A stretch of DNA of 64,000 bases from Ostrea edulis. Its lineage: Eukaryota. Every line of letters begins with the position of its first letter. Within the stretch, counting starts at the first letter, position 1. Shown here piece by piece: positions 1 through 12,363 of the stretch. The notes beneath the pieces are model-generated. The model was given only the letters and a program-made list of their open reading frames with translations. It was not told the origin of the DNA and did no database searches. A program made the translations under genes and the position numbers. The stretch is taken from positions 9,300,001-9,364,000 of the forward strand of contig NC_079166.1 of the NCBI RefSeq assembly GCF_947568905.1, read 5' to 3'.

Positions 1-1216
1 AATATTTGTTATCTTTTATATTACAGCATTATTAAATAGTAAACTTGAGAATTGAGTCTAATTTTTGGTCAAAAATCGAGAACTTTTAAATATTCCTACG
101 ACAGTTGCGGGGAATTCAAATAATCTGCAAGTTGAGGATAATTATGGAGAAACGTGTGGGTTTGGTGATTTCCTTGGAATCTTGGTTATAGTAAGTATTG
201 CTTTAAAGTACACAAGTGAGTGTGAGATTTCCTCTTTGAACTTCTCCCAGCACCAGAGGAGAGCTCAGGGCGGGAGATAGAGAGGCAACAGATAGCGCGA
301 GGGCCTTTTGGGGCGGTCGCAGTATAAATGAGCAGACACTGTTTCATGATATAATATGTAAAAGGATGATATGCAAGTATATCAATGATAATGTATAGAT
401 TCTATATATCTGTTCAAGTATGTGTTTCATGATTCATAACCAAAATGTTGATATTATGTTGAATAATTGGCGGTGGTCTAAAGAAAAGTTGAAATATGGT
501 TCATAAATACATTTAAACACAAAAAACGCTAGTCTCCTACACCCATGCATTTTGGCACACATTAAATCAGCATGCTCTCTGTATGATCAGTGTTTAATTC
601 GACACAGGCCAGGCTACAAACAAGAACGTTTATGTTACATTGGTTTAAACAGCCTTGTTTAAAATCAGCATTTCGCAAATTCTATGGTCGTTATCAAATT
701 CAACCCATGGGGCGGTCCTTCAAATGAGACCGCAAAAAGCGATTTCCCCCGTCACAGTAGGTGTGGTAGGATAAAGATCACTCTCTGATTAATAGTCGTA
801 GACGACGAGTATAGGCCTTAATTTGCAGCCCTTCACCGACATTCATGACGTCTTCATATGAGTGAAAGATTATCGAGTGGGACGTTAAACACTTTGCAAC
901 CAACCGACCTGATCAAGATATAGGGCTCACGGAGAGTGTGAGCGATCCACGTGAGATGCTTACTCCTCTAGAGTCCGTGCCCGTTAATGTTGTATTCTTT
1001 ATAGTTATTATGGGATTGATCACTGTTCGTTACATTTATCTTCATTTTTCCATTGATCATTTTCAGTTCAATTAATTACATATTAGATATTTGAATTGTT
1101 TCTAGATAGTACGAGCTAACAAAACAACCAAACCTGCATAGCTTGATATTAGTTTTATTTTTATCATATTATTATATCTTGAGCACATTTGACGAAGACG
1201 TTCAGTACAAAAGGGA

Positions 1217-3496
1217 TTATGTTGATTGAATGGGTGCTACATTACAGCGTCCATTAAATTCCCCACATGGTAGTTTTCCATTGATTGCTATTTGCAAACA
1301 TGCAAAACAAAATTCTGTTTTACAAAATTTACATAACATAGATTTACAGGCTTGGTCATGCTGTAACAATGTCTTACAATTTGGACATAGACGTTTTGAA
1401 GGAACATCTTCCATATTGGAATAGTCGAGAGTTTTTCTGGGGCAGTCTCGCAACTGACAGGATATTTCCGCATTATTTCCCAACTCGTTGAACAAGCTAC
1501 AGTCATGGTTCGGTTTCCATTCTTCCATACAATACCAACAAAATTTATAGGTGCAATACTGACTGTTTGAACAGTATACACATTTCACATGTGTTTCTAA
1601 ACTTCTTATCTTCATGCAATATGAGCCACATCTAGGGCAGTTCTTTATATCTTCATTGTTTGTTTTGTTTAAATAGTTGAAAGAAAGTTTTCCAGTAAAA
1701 AAGATGTATTCGTCGACACTTAACATACACTTTTCCAGGATTTCTTGATTATCCCATATTTGATTACAAGTTCTAAAGCCTATTTTCCCAGGACATCGTA
1801 GAATGTGCTCGTTTTGAAGAATTTTCTCACGAACTAAACCGTACAAATTGTCGGGCGCTACAAAAGATATACATGTTTAGGAATTAATTAGGAGAAAGTT
1901 ATGTAATATCATGTGCTGTCTTATCTTCTAGCAATGTCTTTAAATATTAAATTAGCATTTTTAACTGTGGGAATGTAGCAAAACTGTTAAATCTCTCTCT
2001 TTCTCTTAAAACACGCTAATTACTGATAGCATGGCCACATGAGAGCTCCAGTCTTGAGTCTGACTCGTACTCCCACACGATGTCTGGGTTGGATGTTGTA
2101 AGCTGTCCAGACACAGGTCGGCTCTCCGCCCACACCATGACGTGGAATGGATCGTGCAGGACGTCACTCGTAGTCTCTGAATCGTAGATGAAGAAGTTGT
2201 CCACGTTCACGATATCGACGAGCCAGTATTCGGTGTCCAGGTTTAAGGCTACAGACTTTCTCATCTCTGCTACAGTAGATGCCTACAGAGAGACAACAAG
2301 TAGTCACTGAGGAGAGGAAATTATGTATTCAAACACGCTAATTACTGAATAAATATACCAAATATTTTCGACAATATAAACTTTCGAAAGAAAATTCATA
2401 TATCTGTTGACTGTATTAGTAGTTATTGTAATTGTTATAAGGAAAAAAGGTAAGTAAATACTATTCATGAACATTGGAATATTGGACAAATATAACACAA
2501 AATATCGATAACATTTCCCTCACGTGATTGTGCACATTGGTGATAACCGATTTTATAGATTACTATTAACCCGCATACACTGTAGGTACATATATAGTTA
2601 AACATCAATGTACATAAAATAAGCAAGATATAATATCGCGCTTGTAATTAAAATACACAGGTATATTTGTTTGTTATTCTATATGTTGTTTAACGTAAAT
2701 ATTCTAATAGTATTGTTTGATGCATATGCATGTACAATGTGCATTCTTTTTGGCAAAACTTGTGTTATTGCAGAACAGGAATATAAGCAAAATACCTACT
2801 ACTATACTATATAACCACCGCCACCACTATTGTTACTACTGCTACTACTGTTACTGCTGCTACTATTACTATCACTACTACTATTACCACCACCACTACT
2901 ACCTCTACTCCTATTATTATTACTACGACAACTACAACAACAACAACAACTACTACTACTACTATTATTATTATTAGTATTATTATTATATTACTATCAC
3001 TACTATCACTACTACTACTACTACTACTACTACTAATACTACTATTTCTATCACCACCACCACCACCACTAATAATAATAATAATGCTACTGCTACTACT
3101 ACAAACATCATTACTACCACTACAATTACTACTACTATTACTACTACAACTACGACCAGTACTACTACTACTACCACTACCACTACTACTAATAATAATA
3201 CCACTACTACTACTAATATTACAACTACTGTTACTAAAACTACCACTACTACCAATATTGCTACTGTTACCATTACTACCACTACCACTACTACCACTAA
3301 AATACTACTACTTGTATAACTTCTACTACTACTAATACTATTACTACTATTACTAAAACCACCACTACTACCACTATTGGTACTATTACTACCACTACTA
3401 TTTATAATACTACTTATACTCTTACTACTACTGATGCTGATACTGCTACTACTATTACTACTTCTCCTCCTCCTCCTACTCCTCCTCCTCCTCCTC

Positions 3497-3536
<40 letters not shown>

Positions 3537-3941
3537 AACTACTACTACTACCACTACTGCAAGTATAATATTATCATAACTCCAACATGAACTATTATTA
3601 CTACCACAATTATTACTACCGCCATTAGTACTTGAGATATAGCTACATATGCTACTAACTTAGCTCGAAGTACAACATTCACCTCTCCCTTGGGATCAGT
3701 GAATATCGTACTTTTTAGGTAACTAAAGCAGCATATTGACCTCTTAAAAATTAAATAATTTCATGATTTATTATACGGTTTTGTTTTAAGATTTACAGAG
3801 ATATATTAAAATGTTATGCCTGTCTCTGTCATTTGAAAAGCAATCCATTATTTTTATTTAGAGTAAATAGGATTCACCTACCTGAGGGATACTATGGAGT
3901 GTATCACATGACAGTGTTTTAAAAGTTATCATCTCTGACAT
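1217..3941 (-). CDS. Host UBL + RBR-like (half-RING1/IBR/RING2) E3 ligase paralogue 1, 3 exons, ~319 aa
   Basis: Exons 3882-3941 (MSEMITFKTLSCDTLHSIPQ), 2024-2282 and 1217-1857, with GT/AG sites; total 960 nt in frame. Motifs: SCGHAI; IBR CPRC..CVYC..FCWYC..H.C; RING2 CPNC..ACKSM.C..C..FCFAC. Confidence 0.8.
2790..3630. repeat. Compound trinucleotide microsatellite (ACT/ATT/ACC/CCT)n, ~840 bp, in intron 1 of paralogue 1
   Basis: Directly visible; explains the poly-L/V/Y ORFs in the track. Confidence 0.95.
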
Positions 3942-4286
3942 GCTTTTTCCCGGCTGATGACAAAACAGTAATGTGCTTGTGAAAGTAAGATACTTTGCTA
4001 ATTCGGCTTTATGGATTTACGGCCGAATTCAGATAATCAAAATGAAAGTAAATATATTGTACCTATTTGCTAGAAAGCAAGCATCCAATAATGGAAAACC
4101 CAAGGTTAGATAAATATTTGATACATTGATACGTTCTATTTTAAAAGGTATGCGTAATTTTCTAATTTAGTTTGGTTACTAAATAAAGATTAACGGTATC
4201 ATCACCGTAATCAGAACTTCCTTTTTACATTTGTTGGATGTTTGCAAATAAAGTTACTACATTTGCTGACAAGAGATTACAGGAAG

Positions 4287-5640
4287 ATGTCGATGACTAT
4301 ATTTGTGAAGATGTCAACGCAAAAAAAGTCTGAAAATATTCCAGTCAATAAGGTACATACTCTGTCTATATATTTGTATATGTTTTGAAAGTATGTTGAA
4401 ACTTTTTAAAGCATGTTATTTGTCATCATGGTTGGTTGCTTCTTCAACTAAAATGGAAAACAGAATTATTTATATCTAGCGATCAGTCATCTGAAACATC
4501 ATTTTATTAAACATCGCGCTGATTTCACGCACAAGTACTCGGAAGATGATTTTAAAAATATGCCAGAGTTCTTCATTTACAATATCTTCGTGGTCTTTGG
4601 TGATCAGGTCTTTCAAATATCTGTTGGAATTTCCATGGACATGCTCATTTATTAGTTGACCTAATTGTATATTCTTATCGAACAGAGTTTATTCAAACGC
4701 TTCTACATGAGAAGAAATAATCTCTAACTAAGGCTTTTCACTCGAAATTTAGATATACCGACGACGTTTTATCTATTAACAGTAATCATATTCATTCGTA
4801 TGGCGATTCGATATATCTCAAGATAAAAGACACCACAAAAGCCTTCACATCTGCTTCCTACTTATTGAAAATGAATATTAACGGAAAACTAACAACTCAA
4901 CTGTATGTCAAACGGGATGATTTCAGCTTCTCTGTCATCGTCTTGCCATATATTTTTGTAGGATTATTCCATTATCAACTGCATATGGTGTTTCGCTCAA
5001 CTGATTCGATACGCAAGAGTTTGTTCTGTGTTTGATCATTTTTTCAATCGAGGTAGGCTACTGACAAGCAAGCAGATGTTACAGCAGTTTCAACAGTATC
5101 GTTTAAAGTAATCATTTTGCAAATTATATGGTCGTTATAATGATTTAGTTTGCAAATACCACCTATCATTTGGTCAAATGCTGTCTGATGTGTTTCATGC
5201 CGATTGTTAGGCCGTCCTTGGTACACTAATTTTGACTACGGATTACAAAGTTCACCTGATGAAGACATATGGCTTACGGCGGGTATGATCTTTCAGCAGG
5301 GGATGCTTACTCCTCCTAGAAACCTGATCCCACCGTTGGTATTCCCAGGTGTTCGTATTCGCCCAAATCTTTATTCTGTATCCCTTATAGGAGTTATGAT
5401 ATTGATCATTGTTCGTTATATTTACCTTTCGGACCAATGATATTGCAGGGCGACGAGTTCTTGAGGATATTCGAAACTCTGGCAGGGAGAGTGGAAATTG
5501 AGTTACAGCATATTCGACTCGTGTTTAGCGGGAAAGAATACAGACATGATCAACCAGAGGCAAAAAAAAAGATAGAGGAAATTGGCATTAAAGACCGCTC
5601 TACCTTATTCATGGTTTCCAGGTTACCAGGAGGACTGTGA
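4287..5640 (+). CDS. Stand-alone ubiquitin-like protein, 85 aa, ending RLPGG-L
   Basis: Exon 4287-4352 (MSMTIFVKMSTQKKSENIPVNK, donor GT at 4353) splices in phase 0 to exon 5449-5640 (after ttgcag). Ubiquitin-like MxIFVK start, RLVFSGK, LFMVSRLPGG. Confidence 0.75.
4440..5430 (+). mobile_element. Decayed 3' fragment of Naiad-type Penelope-like retroelement in the UBL intron
   Basis: Colinear with 8180-9190 (RT C-terminus and conserved 3' tail), with stops and indels. Confidence 0.8.
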
Positions 5641-6779
5641 TTGAATATTGGGCAGTCATCTTTATATGATTGTCAGATTCTTTTAAGTGGGCATGACGTA
5701 TGATAACAAGCTCTAGCATTTGTACTCAATGTCTATGTAATGCTTCGTTTGTCACAAACGTCATGCATTTGATGTTCATGTATTTGTTCGAAAATAAAAT
5801 AAAATCTACTATATACTATAGACAATTTGTATCATTTGTTATATATATTTCTTGGTGTTTTGAGGTAGTGAGTGGCAATTGTTGAAGGTTCACGACATGG
5901 AATGAGAATAAAATGATTAATTCGGAAACTATTTTGATTCAGATACCGTTTTGAATTTATCTTTAATATTATTGACAATCTACGTTAAAGATCGAATCGA
6001 TTAGAATACGGTACAAAAATGGTCAATTATGAAAAATGTTTAGTCTCTGATATTAAGCGTATATCAAATATAGTACTCATAAACTATTTTTAAACAACAA
6101 ATGTTCTCCTTTCATTTTCGTTTTGAACAATTCGCAGAAAATAACTTCCAACCATATACAAGGTAAAGTTTCCCTGTTGAACTTGAGTATGAATTACCTG
6201 TGATAGATATAGATGTATATTTGTCTTACTCTAAATCTTGTATTCGTTATGGTTGTTATGAGATAATTGATCACATACAACCTTTGTATTCATCTTTTCA
6301 TTGTACATGTATGCGTGTTTCCCGATAATACGTAATTTTGATAATGTATCATTTTATTTACACGGGCACGGGTATAGATAACGTGAATGCGTTATCACCT
6401 ATCTTAAATCCATTGGCAGTTGCACGTTCTGTTGTTGGGAAATTTGTTTGACATAATTACTCTCAGGTACACTGTACCAACATTTATGAAGTTTTCTTTC
6501 TATATTCTACTCCCACTCTTGTTTGCAAGTAATTGTCAGTCAATTCTTTTACACAGTGCATGAATTGCTGCAAGAAAGCAACAATGCTGGCGAAAGGTTA
6601 AATAGTCATGTCCTGTAGTTTTTTTTTTCTGTAAGGGAAGAAATACAATGTTAAACCCTTTATAGATTTCAATAGCCACTTCTCAAAAACTGATGAACTT
6701 GCCCAGAATCTGTCGTTTTATATTTATAGTGTAACTGTTGAGTACCTAACATTTAAGTTTATTATATAAGGTAGGAGAA

Positions 6780-9190
6780 AGAGAAAGATGATTCCACGTT
6801 TGATTCACTTTTGCCTTACGTCAACAGACAATTAGGTCCACATCATATTCATACAAAACTTTACTCTGTTCCATTGAAAGTTTTATGCACGTTATTTGAA
6901 GAAGCTATGGCTACAGTGCAGTCTACACTTGGATTTTTCAACACCTGAATATAGACTGAACGCTATGATTATGGATGTTGCCCATCACAGGCTCTTTAAA
7001 ACAGCACGAGTCATGGATGATATTCCTTCCAAATCATGCCGCCAGTTCCGTAAGCTCCAATTTACAAACAAAGAAATAGATGCCGTCAACATAAGCAACA
7101 TTCTTCGTCATAAAAGGGTTCAGTCGGTATTCCAACTTATTTCAAGTTCAAGTCTACACCCTGTATTTCCTAGAGCTATACTTTTATTATTGCATCCAAA
7201 CTTTTTAATTATAAACAAACTTTGCAATGCCTAGATATAGATCATCTTATACGTAATCCATCAACGTGTTCTTGTTCTTCATCTTCTTTCAACCATAGTC
7301 CAGCTGAACATGTCATTACTGGTGATGTTGATATAGTTGAAAATGAGGACCTCAAATTACTTAATCTAAAAGGTCCTAAATGCAGAGAACCTCGGTCTTT
7401 TAATTGGCGACAGAACTTCATCTCTATTATGAATTTTGTCCAAGATTATGCCAGACGATGGGATAAATATGAAAAAGAAGAACTTGATACATTGTTAGAA
7501 TGGGTTAAAAGCATCAGAGGAATATTAAAATCCCCCATTAGACATATGAAAACAAAAGCACGTACCATTTATCCTTCTGTGTTTAGTAAACCATGAGTGA
7601 TAAAAGAATTAGATAGGTTACATGAGGAATATGTTTTGGTTCCAACTGACAAAGCTAGTAACAACATTGTCTTTGTTATTACAACTGTATTTTCAACGAA
7701 CTTGACATTAATTCCACTTTTAGTAATAGTACTTATACTCCAATTGCCCTTTGAAAAGATGAATTTCATCAAAACCATGCTTCAGTTTTAGACACATTTA
7801 ATATCCCAGTCAATGGGTTGAATGAATATGAGTTACCGTACCTATACTGGATTCCTAAATTACATAAAAACCCTTACAAACAAAGATACATTGCTGGATC
7901 CAGTAAGTGCTCTACCAAACCCCTATCGTTGCTCATCACGAAAATATTAACAGCTGTGAAGGAGAAACTTCAAACTTACTGTGCGACTACATATGCCAGA
8001 AGTGGTGTTATTGAAATGTGGATTCTAAATCATTCTAAAGAACTTTTAATAAACTTGAATTCGCAGAATTTTCCACAAATCAGTAACATTAAAACCTATG
8101 ACTTTTCAACACTATACACGATTATTCCTCGCGATAAAATAAAGACTAGACTTTTTGACATCATAGACAGTTACTTCATCAACAGATATGGAAAACGGAA
8201 ATATTCATATCTAGTGATCAGTCATTCAAAAACTTACTTTCTTAAACACCACTCTGATTCCACGCACAAGTACTCTGAAGTTGAAATAAAAAATATGCTA
8301 GAGTTCCTCATTGACAATATCTTCGTGGTCTTTGGTGATCAGGTCTTCCAACAGTCTGTTGGAATTCCCATGGGCACGAATTGTGCCCCTTTGTTAGTTG
8401 ACCTGTTTCTATATTCATATGAAGCAGAATTTATTCAAAAACTTCTACGTGAGAAGAAAAAATATTTCGCTGTGATCTTCAGTTCAACATTTCGATATAT
8501 CGATGACGTTTTCTCTATTAACAATAATAACTTTTAATTATATGTCGATTTATTATATCCCCGTGAGCTCGAAATAAAGGACACCACAGAGTCGTCCACT
8601 TCTGCTTCATACTTATATATTTGATTGAAAGTAGACATTAACAGCAAACTGACAACTCAACTGTATGACAAACGGGATGATTCCAGCTTCTCCATCGTCA
8701 ACTTCCCATATTCATGTAGCAATATTCCATTACCACCTGCATATGGTGTTTATATATCTCAACTGATTCGATATGCAAAAGCTTGTACTGCGTATAGTCA
8801 GTTTTTAAATCGATGTAAGCTACTTACAAACAAGTTGACGGCACAGTGGTTTCAACAGTCTCGATTGAAGTCAGCATTTTGCAAATTCTATCGTCGTTAT
8901 AGCGATCTTGTTCGTCAATACAACCTATCATTGGGTCAAATGCTGTCTGACGTGTTTCATGCCGATTGTTAAGCCGTTCTTGGCACACTGATTTTGACTG
9001 CGGATAACTCCGTTTACCTGAAAAGGATATAGGGCTCACGGCGGATGTGACCGGTCGACAGGGGGTACTTACACCTCCTAGGCACCTGATCCTACCTCTG
9101 GTGTGTCCAAGGGTCCTTGTTTGCCCAACTATCTATTTTGTATTGCGTATAGGAGCTATGAGATTGAACACTGTTAGTTATATTCACCTT
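6780..9190 (+). mobile_element. 5'-truncated, disrupted Naiad-clade Penelope-like retroelement (RT)
   Basis: Broken ORFs 6896-8972 carry a CxC linker (TCSC..HVITGD..KGPK.REP), YWIPKLHK, DFSTLYT, GIPMGTNCAP, FRYIDD and YISQLIRY. RT ends with no C-terminal GIY-YIG, fitting the permuted Naiad/Chlamys clade. Confidence 0.8.
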
Positions 9191-9216
9191 TTATGATTCA
9201 TCTTCAATACTTTCAG

Positions 9217-9417
9217 AATGGAGATACTTTGACAAATCAACTTTATGGAGTTGTAAATCACCACGGCTTGACTTATGGTGGTCACTATACGTCATATGTG
9301 AAGCGTCTTCCACATCAGGGTGATTGGTACTACTGCAATGACAGCCTTGTGTCAAAATCCACCTTGCCCGACGCTTCGTTATCTCCTGATGCTTATTTGT
9401 TGTTCTATAAACTTTGA
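9217..9417 (+). CDS. Terminal exon of a USP-family deubiquitinase (His box); upstream exons not resolved, possibly a pseudogene
   Basis: Acceptor tttcag at 9211-9216, then LYGVVNHHG..GGHYTSYVK..WYYCND..VS..AYLLFY*, the USP His-box/Asp motifs. Confidence 0.7.
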   Translation, partial: NGDTLTNQLYGVVNHHGLTYGGHYTSYVKRLPHQGDWYYCNDSLVSKSTLPDASLSPDAYLLFYKL

Positions 9418-9960
9418 TATTGGAAAATCACATAGCGTTGATGAACTTTATTTATTGCATTTCGTCGTATATTTACCGGTATCCTCCGTGTCGAAGTTTC
9501 ATTAGCTGTTTTTCAAAACACACTTTACGCATTTTTTTTTTTAACTTGCCTTTGATCTATAATTCGGTATTAATGTATAGGTATTTAAAAGGTTTTTTAA
9601 AAAAAAACAACAATACCTCAGTTTAAGCATTGTTTTGTGCCCTTTTCTTTGTATTTATTGTTCTTATTTTAGTTTGTTTTTATTGTTTTACATGTAAAGC
9701 GATTTAGAGTAATTGTCGTCATTAGATAAAGCGCTATATAAAGTTACAATAATAACAATCATAAATGATCCATTATGATTTATGAATTACATACATTGAA
9801 AATAAAATAAATGTATTTCTCAACCAATTTTACAGTTGGATAACTATGCAACCATTAAAAGGACTATTGACTCAGCATTAGCCTGTATTGATCTCAGACC
9901 CACGGTATTTTTACACACTGCTCAATATTGTATACATATCTGCATATACTCTAAGTTCAT

Positions 9961-12363
9961 TTAAGAGAACGCATTTTGAACAGGGGCGATGTTGCCTTGC
10001 AGGTTATACCCAGAACATTGCAACCTTCCGTTTATGCAGAGTGTTAAACACGAGAAACAAAATTCCATTTTACAACTTGGACATTTCATTTGTTTGCACA
10101 TTCGTTCGTGTTCAATTAGAGTTCTGCAGTTTGGACAAAGTCTTTTCGCTGGCACACCTTCAATTTTGGAATATTCAAGCGTTTTTCTTGGTGCATTGTT
10201 AAGGATTTTTTGTATTGCTTCAAGATCCTTATTTCCACATATATGATTTGGCGCCCAAGGAGATTTACAATCCCAACAAAAATCAAACTGTTTGCCAAGA
10301 TCCCTCGATGCACATCGAGTGCAATGAACAGCCTTGGTATTCTGCCTTCTTTGACAAAACTGACCACAGTTTGGACATTCAGACGTCTCGCTACTCTCTC
10401 GCAAAATCGAATTCAAGGATATCTTGTATTCAAAGAATATTCTCTCGTCTTCCGTTAAATTGGCTTTGTCATTTATTTCACACATAGACCATTCTTGCAG
10501 GCACCCAGGTGTAAGGCAACAAATCGTATGTCTCACTTTACTCGTCAGGGTATCTCGCATGTGTCCAAATAAGTTATATGGTGCTGAAATATAAGACAAT
10601 ATATTGAATTGCGTTTTCTTTTCTTTTTTAATTCGATTAGAGAAATTTCTTCCCACACCATCAAAGCCAAACAATTACAACACTTATCCTGACCAGGTTT
10701 ACCAAGATCACATTAACCTGGCTTATAGCATAGGTGTTGAAATCCCAAATTTAGGAATTCCTGGGAAAATGGCATATAGATTGATTGATTGATTGATTGT
10801 ATATCGTTTAACGTCCCACCCAAGAATATACACTCATATGGAGACGTCATCATAGCCAGTGAAGGGCTGCAAAATTTAGGCCTCCGCTCGGCACTTACGA
10901 CATTTGAACAGGTAGGGATCTTTATCGTGCCATACCTGCTGTTACATGGGTCTCGGTTTTTGTGGTATCATCCGAAGGACCGTCTCATTTAGTCGCCTCT
11001 TACGACAAGCAAGGGGGTACTGAGGACCTATTCCAACCCAGATCCCCATGGGACTGGTAGATAGAGATGGTATTCAATAATGAAGTATTTAATAAATATG
11101 CTCTTTACCAGGTTCAGAAATAAACTCCGGTAGGTAATTCTAATAAAGAGGATGTAATTGATACACTATATTTACTGATAGCATGGCCACATGCCATTTT
11201 CAGCCTCGGCTCCTCGTCATAAGGGTCCTGTTCTATCATGTCCACGTCTGTCGTCACTAAATAGCCTGGGACGTGTCTCTCGTCAGCGCCAACCATCACT
11301 TGCAAAGGGCGGGGGAGCCTCGACACCTCTCGGCTATTATCGTACACCAGTCCCTCCTCTAGGTCCACGATTTCTATGCAGTGACGAGGTACGCCACACA
11401 GTGATGCTATAGGTTTCTTAACATCGCCCACTGATGCATCACTCTTGAATAAGAGAAAGTTCTACAGATCAAATTTATTGCAATTTCTTTCGCGTAAAGA
11501 TAAAGATATGTACTTGTACAAATATGTGAATTCCTGAGACGGGGTGGGGAATGTAGTGTTAATTCTAGGTTCCATTTACATCACCTTTCATCAAATGTAG
11601 GCTAAACAAATTTTCCTAGACCATGCGATGTCCAATCTTTCGTATGTAATCAGTATATTGATCAAATGTAGAGAAAAAATGTACAGGTTCAACTATTAAT
11701 CTGCAGCTTTCAGATATCAAAGACTATATGAAAAGAATGATCAAATGCGTAAAGAACGTGTATCTCCTTGTCTAGATCTTTTGGGGCAGGAGTAGTACAT
11801 AAAATACGTGTAATTTCTTTTAAACATCAAGTCTACAAATATTTACAATGATTCAAAATGAAAGTAGTAAATGTAATGTCTACTTCCTCAATGACTTAAT
11901 TAATCGATAATTGTTTTCAACAATTATCTATTTCAAACATTATTTATTGAGAAACTCAACAGGATTGGGCAACAGACATAGCCTATGTAAGCTACCACGC
12001 AGGTTCATTCTAGTTTTTTTTGGGTGTGACCGGTCAACAGGGGATGCTTACTCCTCCTAGGCACCTGATCCCACCTCTGGTGTGTCCAGGGGTCCGTGTT
12101 TGCCCAACTATCTATTTTGTATTGCTTGTAGGAGTTATGAGATTGATCACTGTTCGTTATCTTCACCTTGCATATTGCTATAAAAATATCTTAATCTTTC
12201 AACAATGAGTAAAACATTTCTAAAGAGTTTCACTCCCGCGAATATAATTAATTTCTAGGCCGTATTGTCAACATTTAGCGAGACATTGTATGTAAAACAT
12301 GTACAGACAACTCACCGTATAAACACGTTGAACAACATCAGATGATAATCTTTGAAACTCCAT
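9961..12363 (-). CDS. Host UBL + RBR-like E3 paralogue 2, ~318 aa
   Basis: Exons 12316-12363 (MEFQRLSSDVVQRVYT), 11176-11461 and 9961-10583, GT/AG, 957 nt in frame; same motifs as paralogue 1. Confidence 0.8.
10778..11056 (-). repeat. Short interspersed repeat with (CAAT)n tail in intron 2 of paralogue 2
   Basis: Reverse complement resembles 710-900 (gaagggctgcaaa..aggcct; gtgggacgttaaac); (attg)n at its end. Confidence 0.6.
12021..12170 (+). mobile_element. Naiad PLE 3'-tail fragment
   Basis: Near-identical to 9047-9190 and 48016-48165. Confidence 0.8.

Noticed and set aside
240-335. GC-rich segment with TATAAAT, possible promoter or LTR fragment
   Set aside because: No associated exon, partner repeat or TSD visible within the window.
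2717-3568. Poly-Leu/Val/Tyr ORFs
   Set aside because: Artefacts of the trinucleotide microsatellite in an intron.
8970-9190. Hammerhead ribozyme or SECIS in the Naiad tail
   Set aside because: Could not find a CUGAUGA/GAAA core with closing stems. In-frame stops are mixed with frameshifts, consistent with decay rather than selenocysteine recoding.
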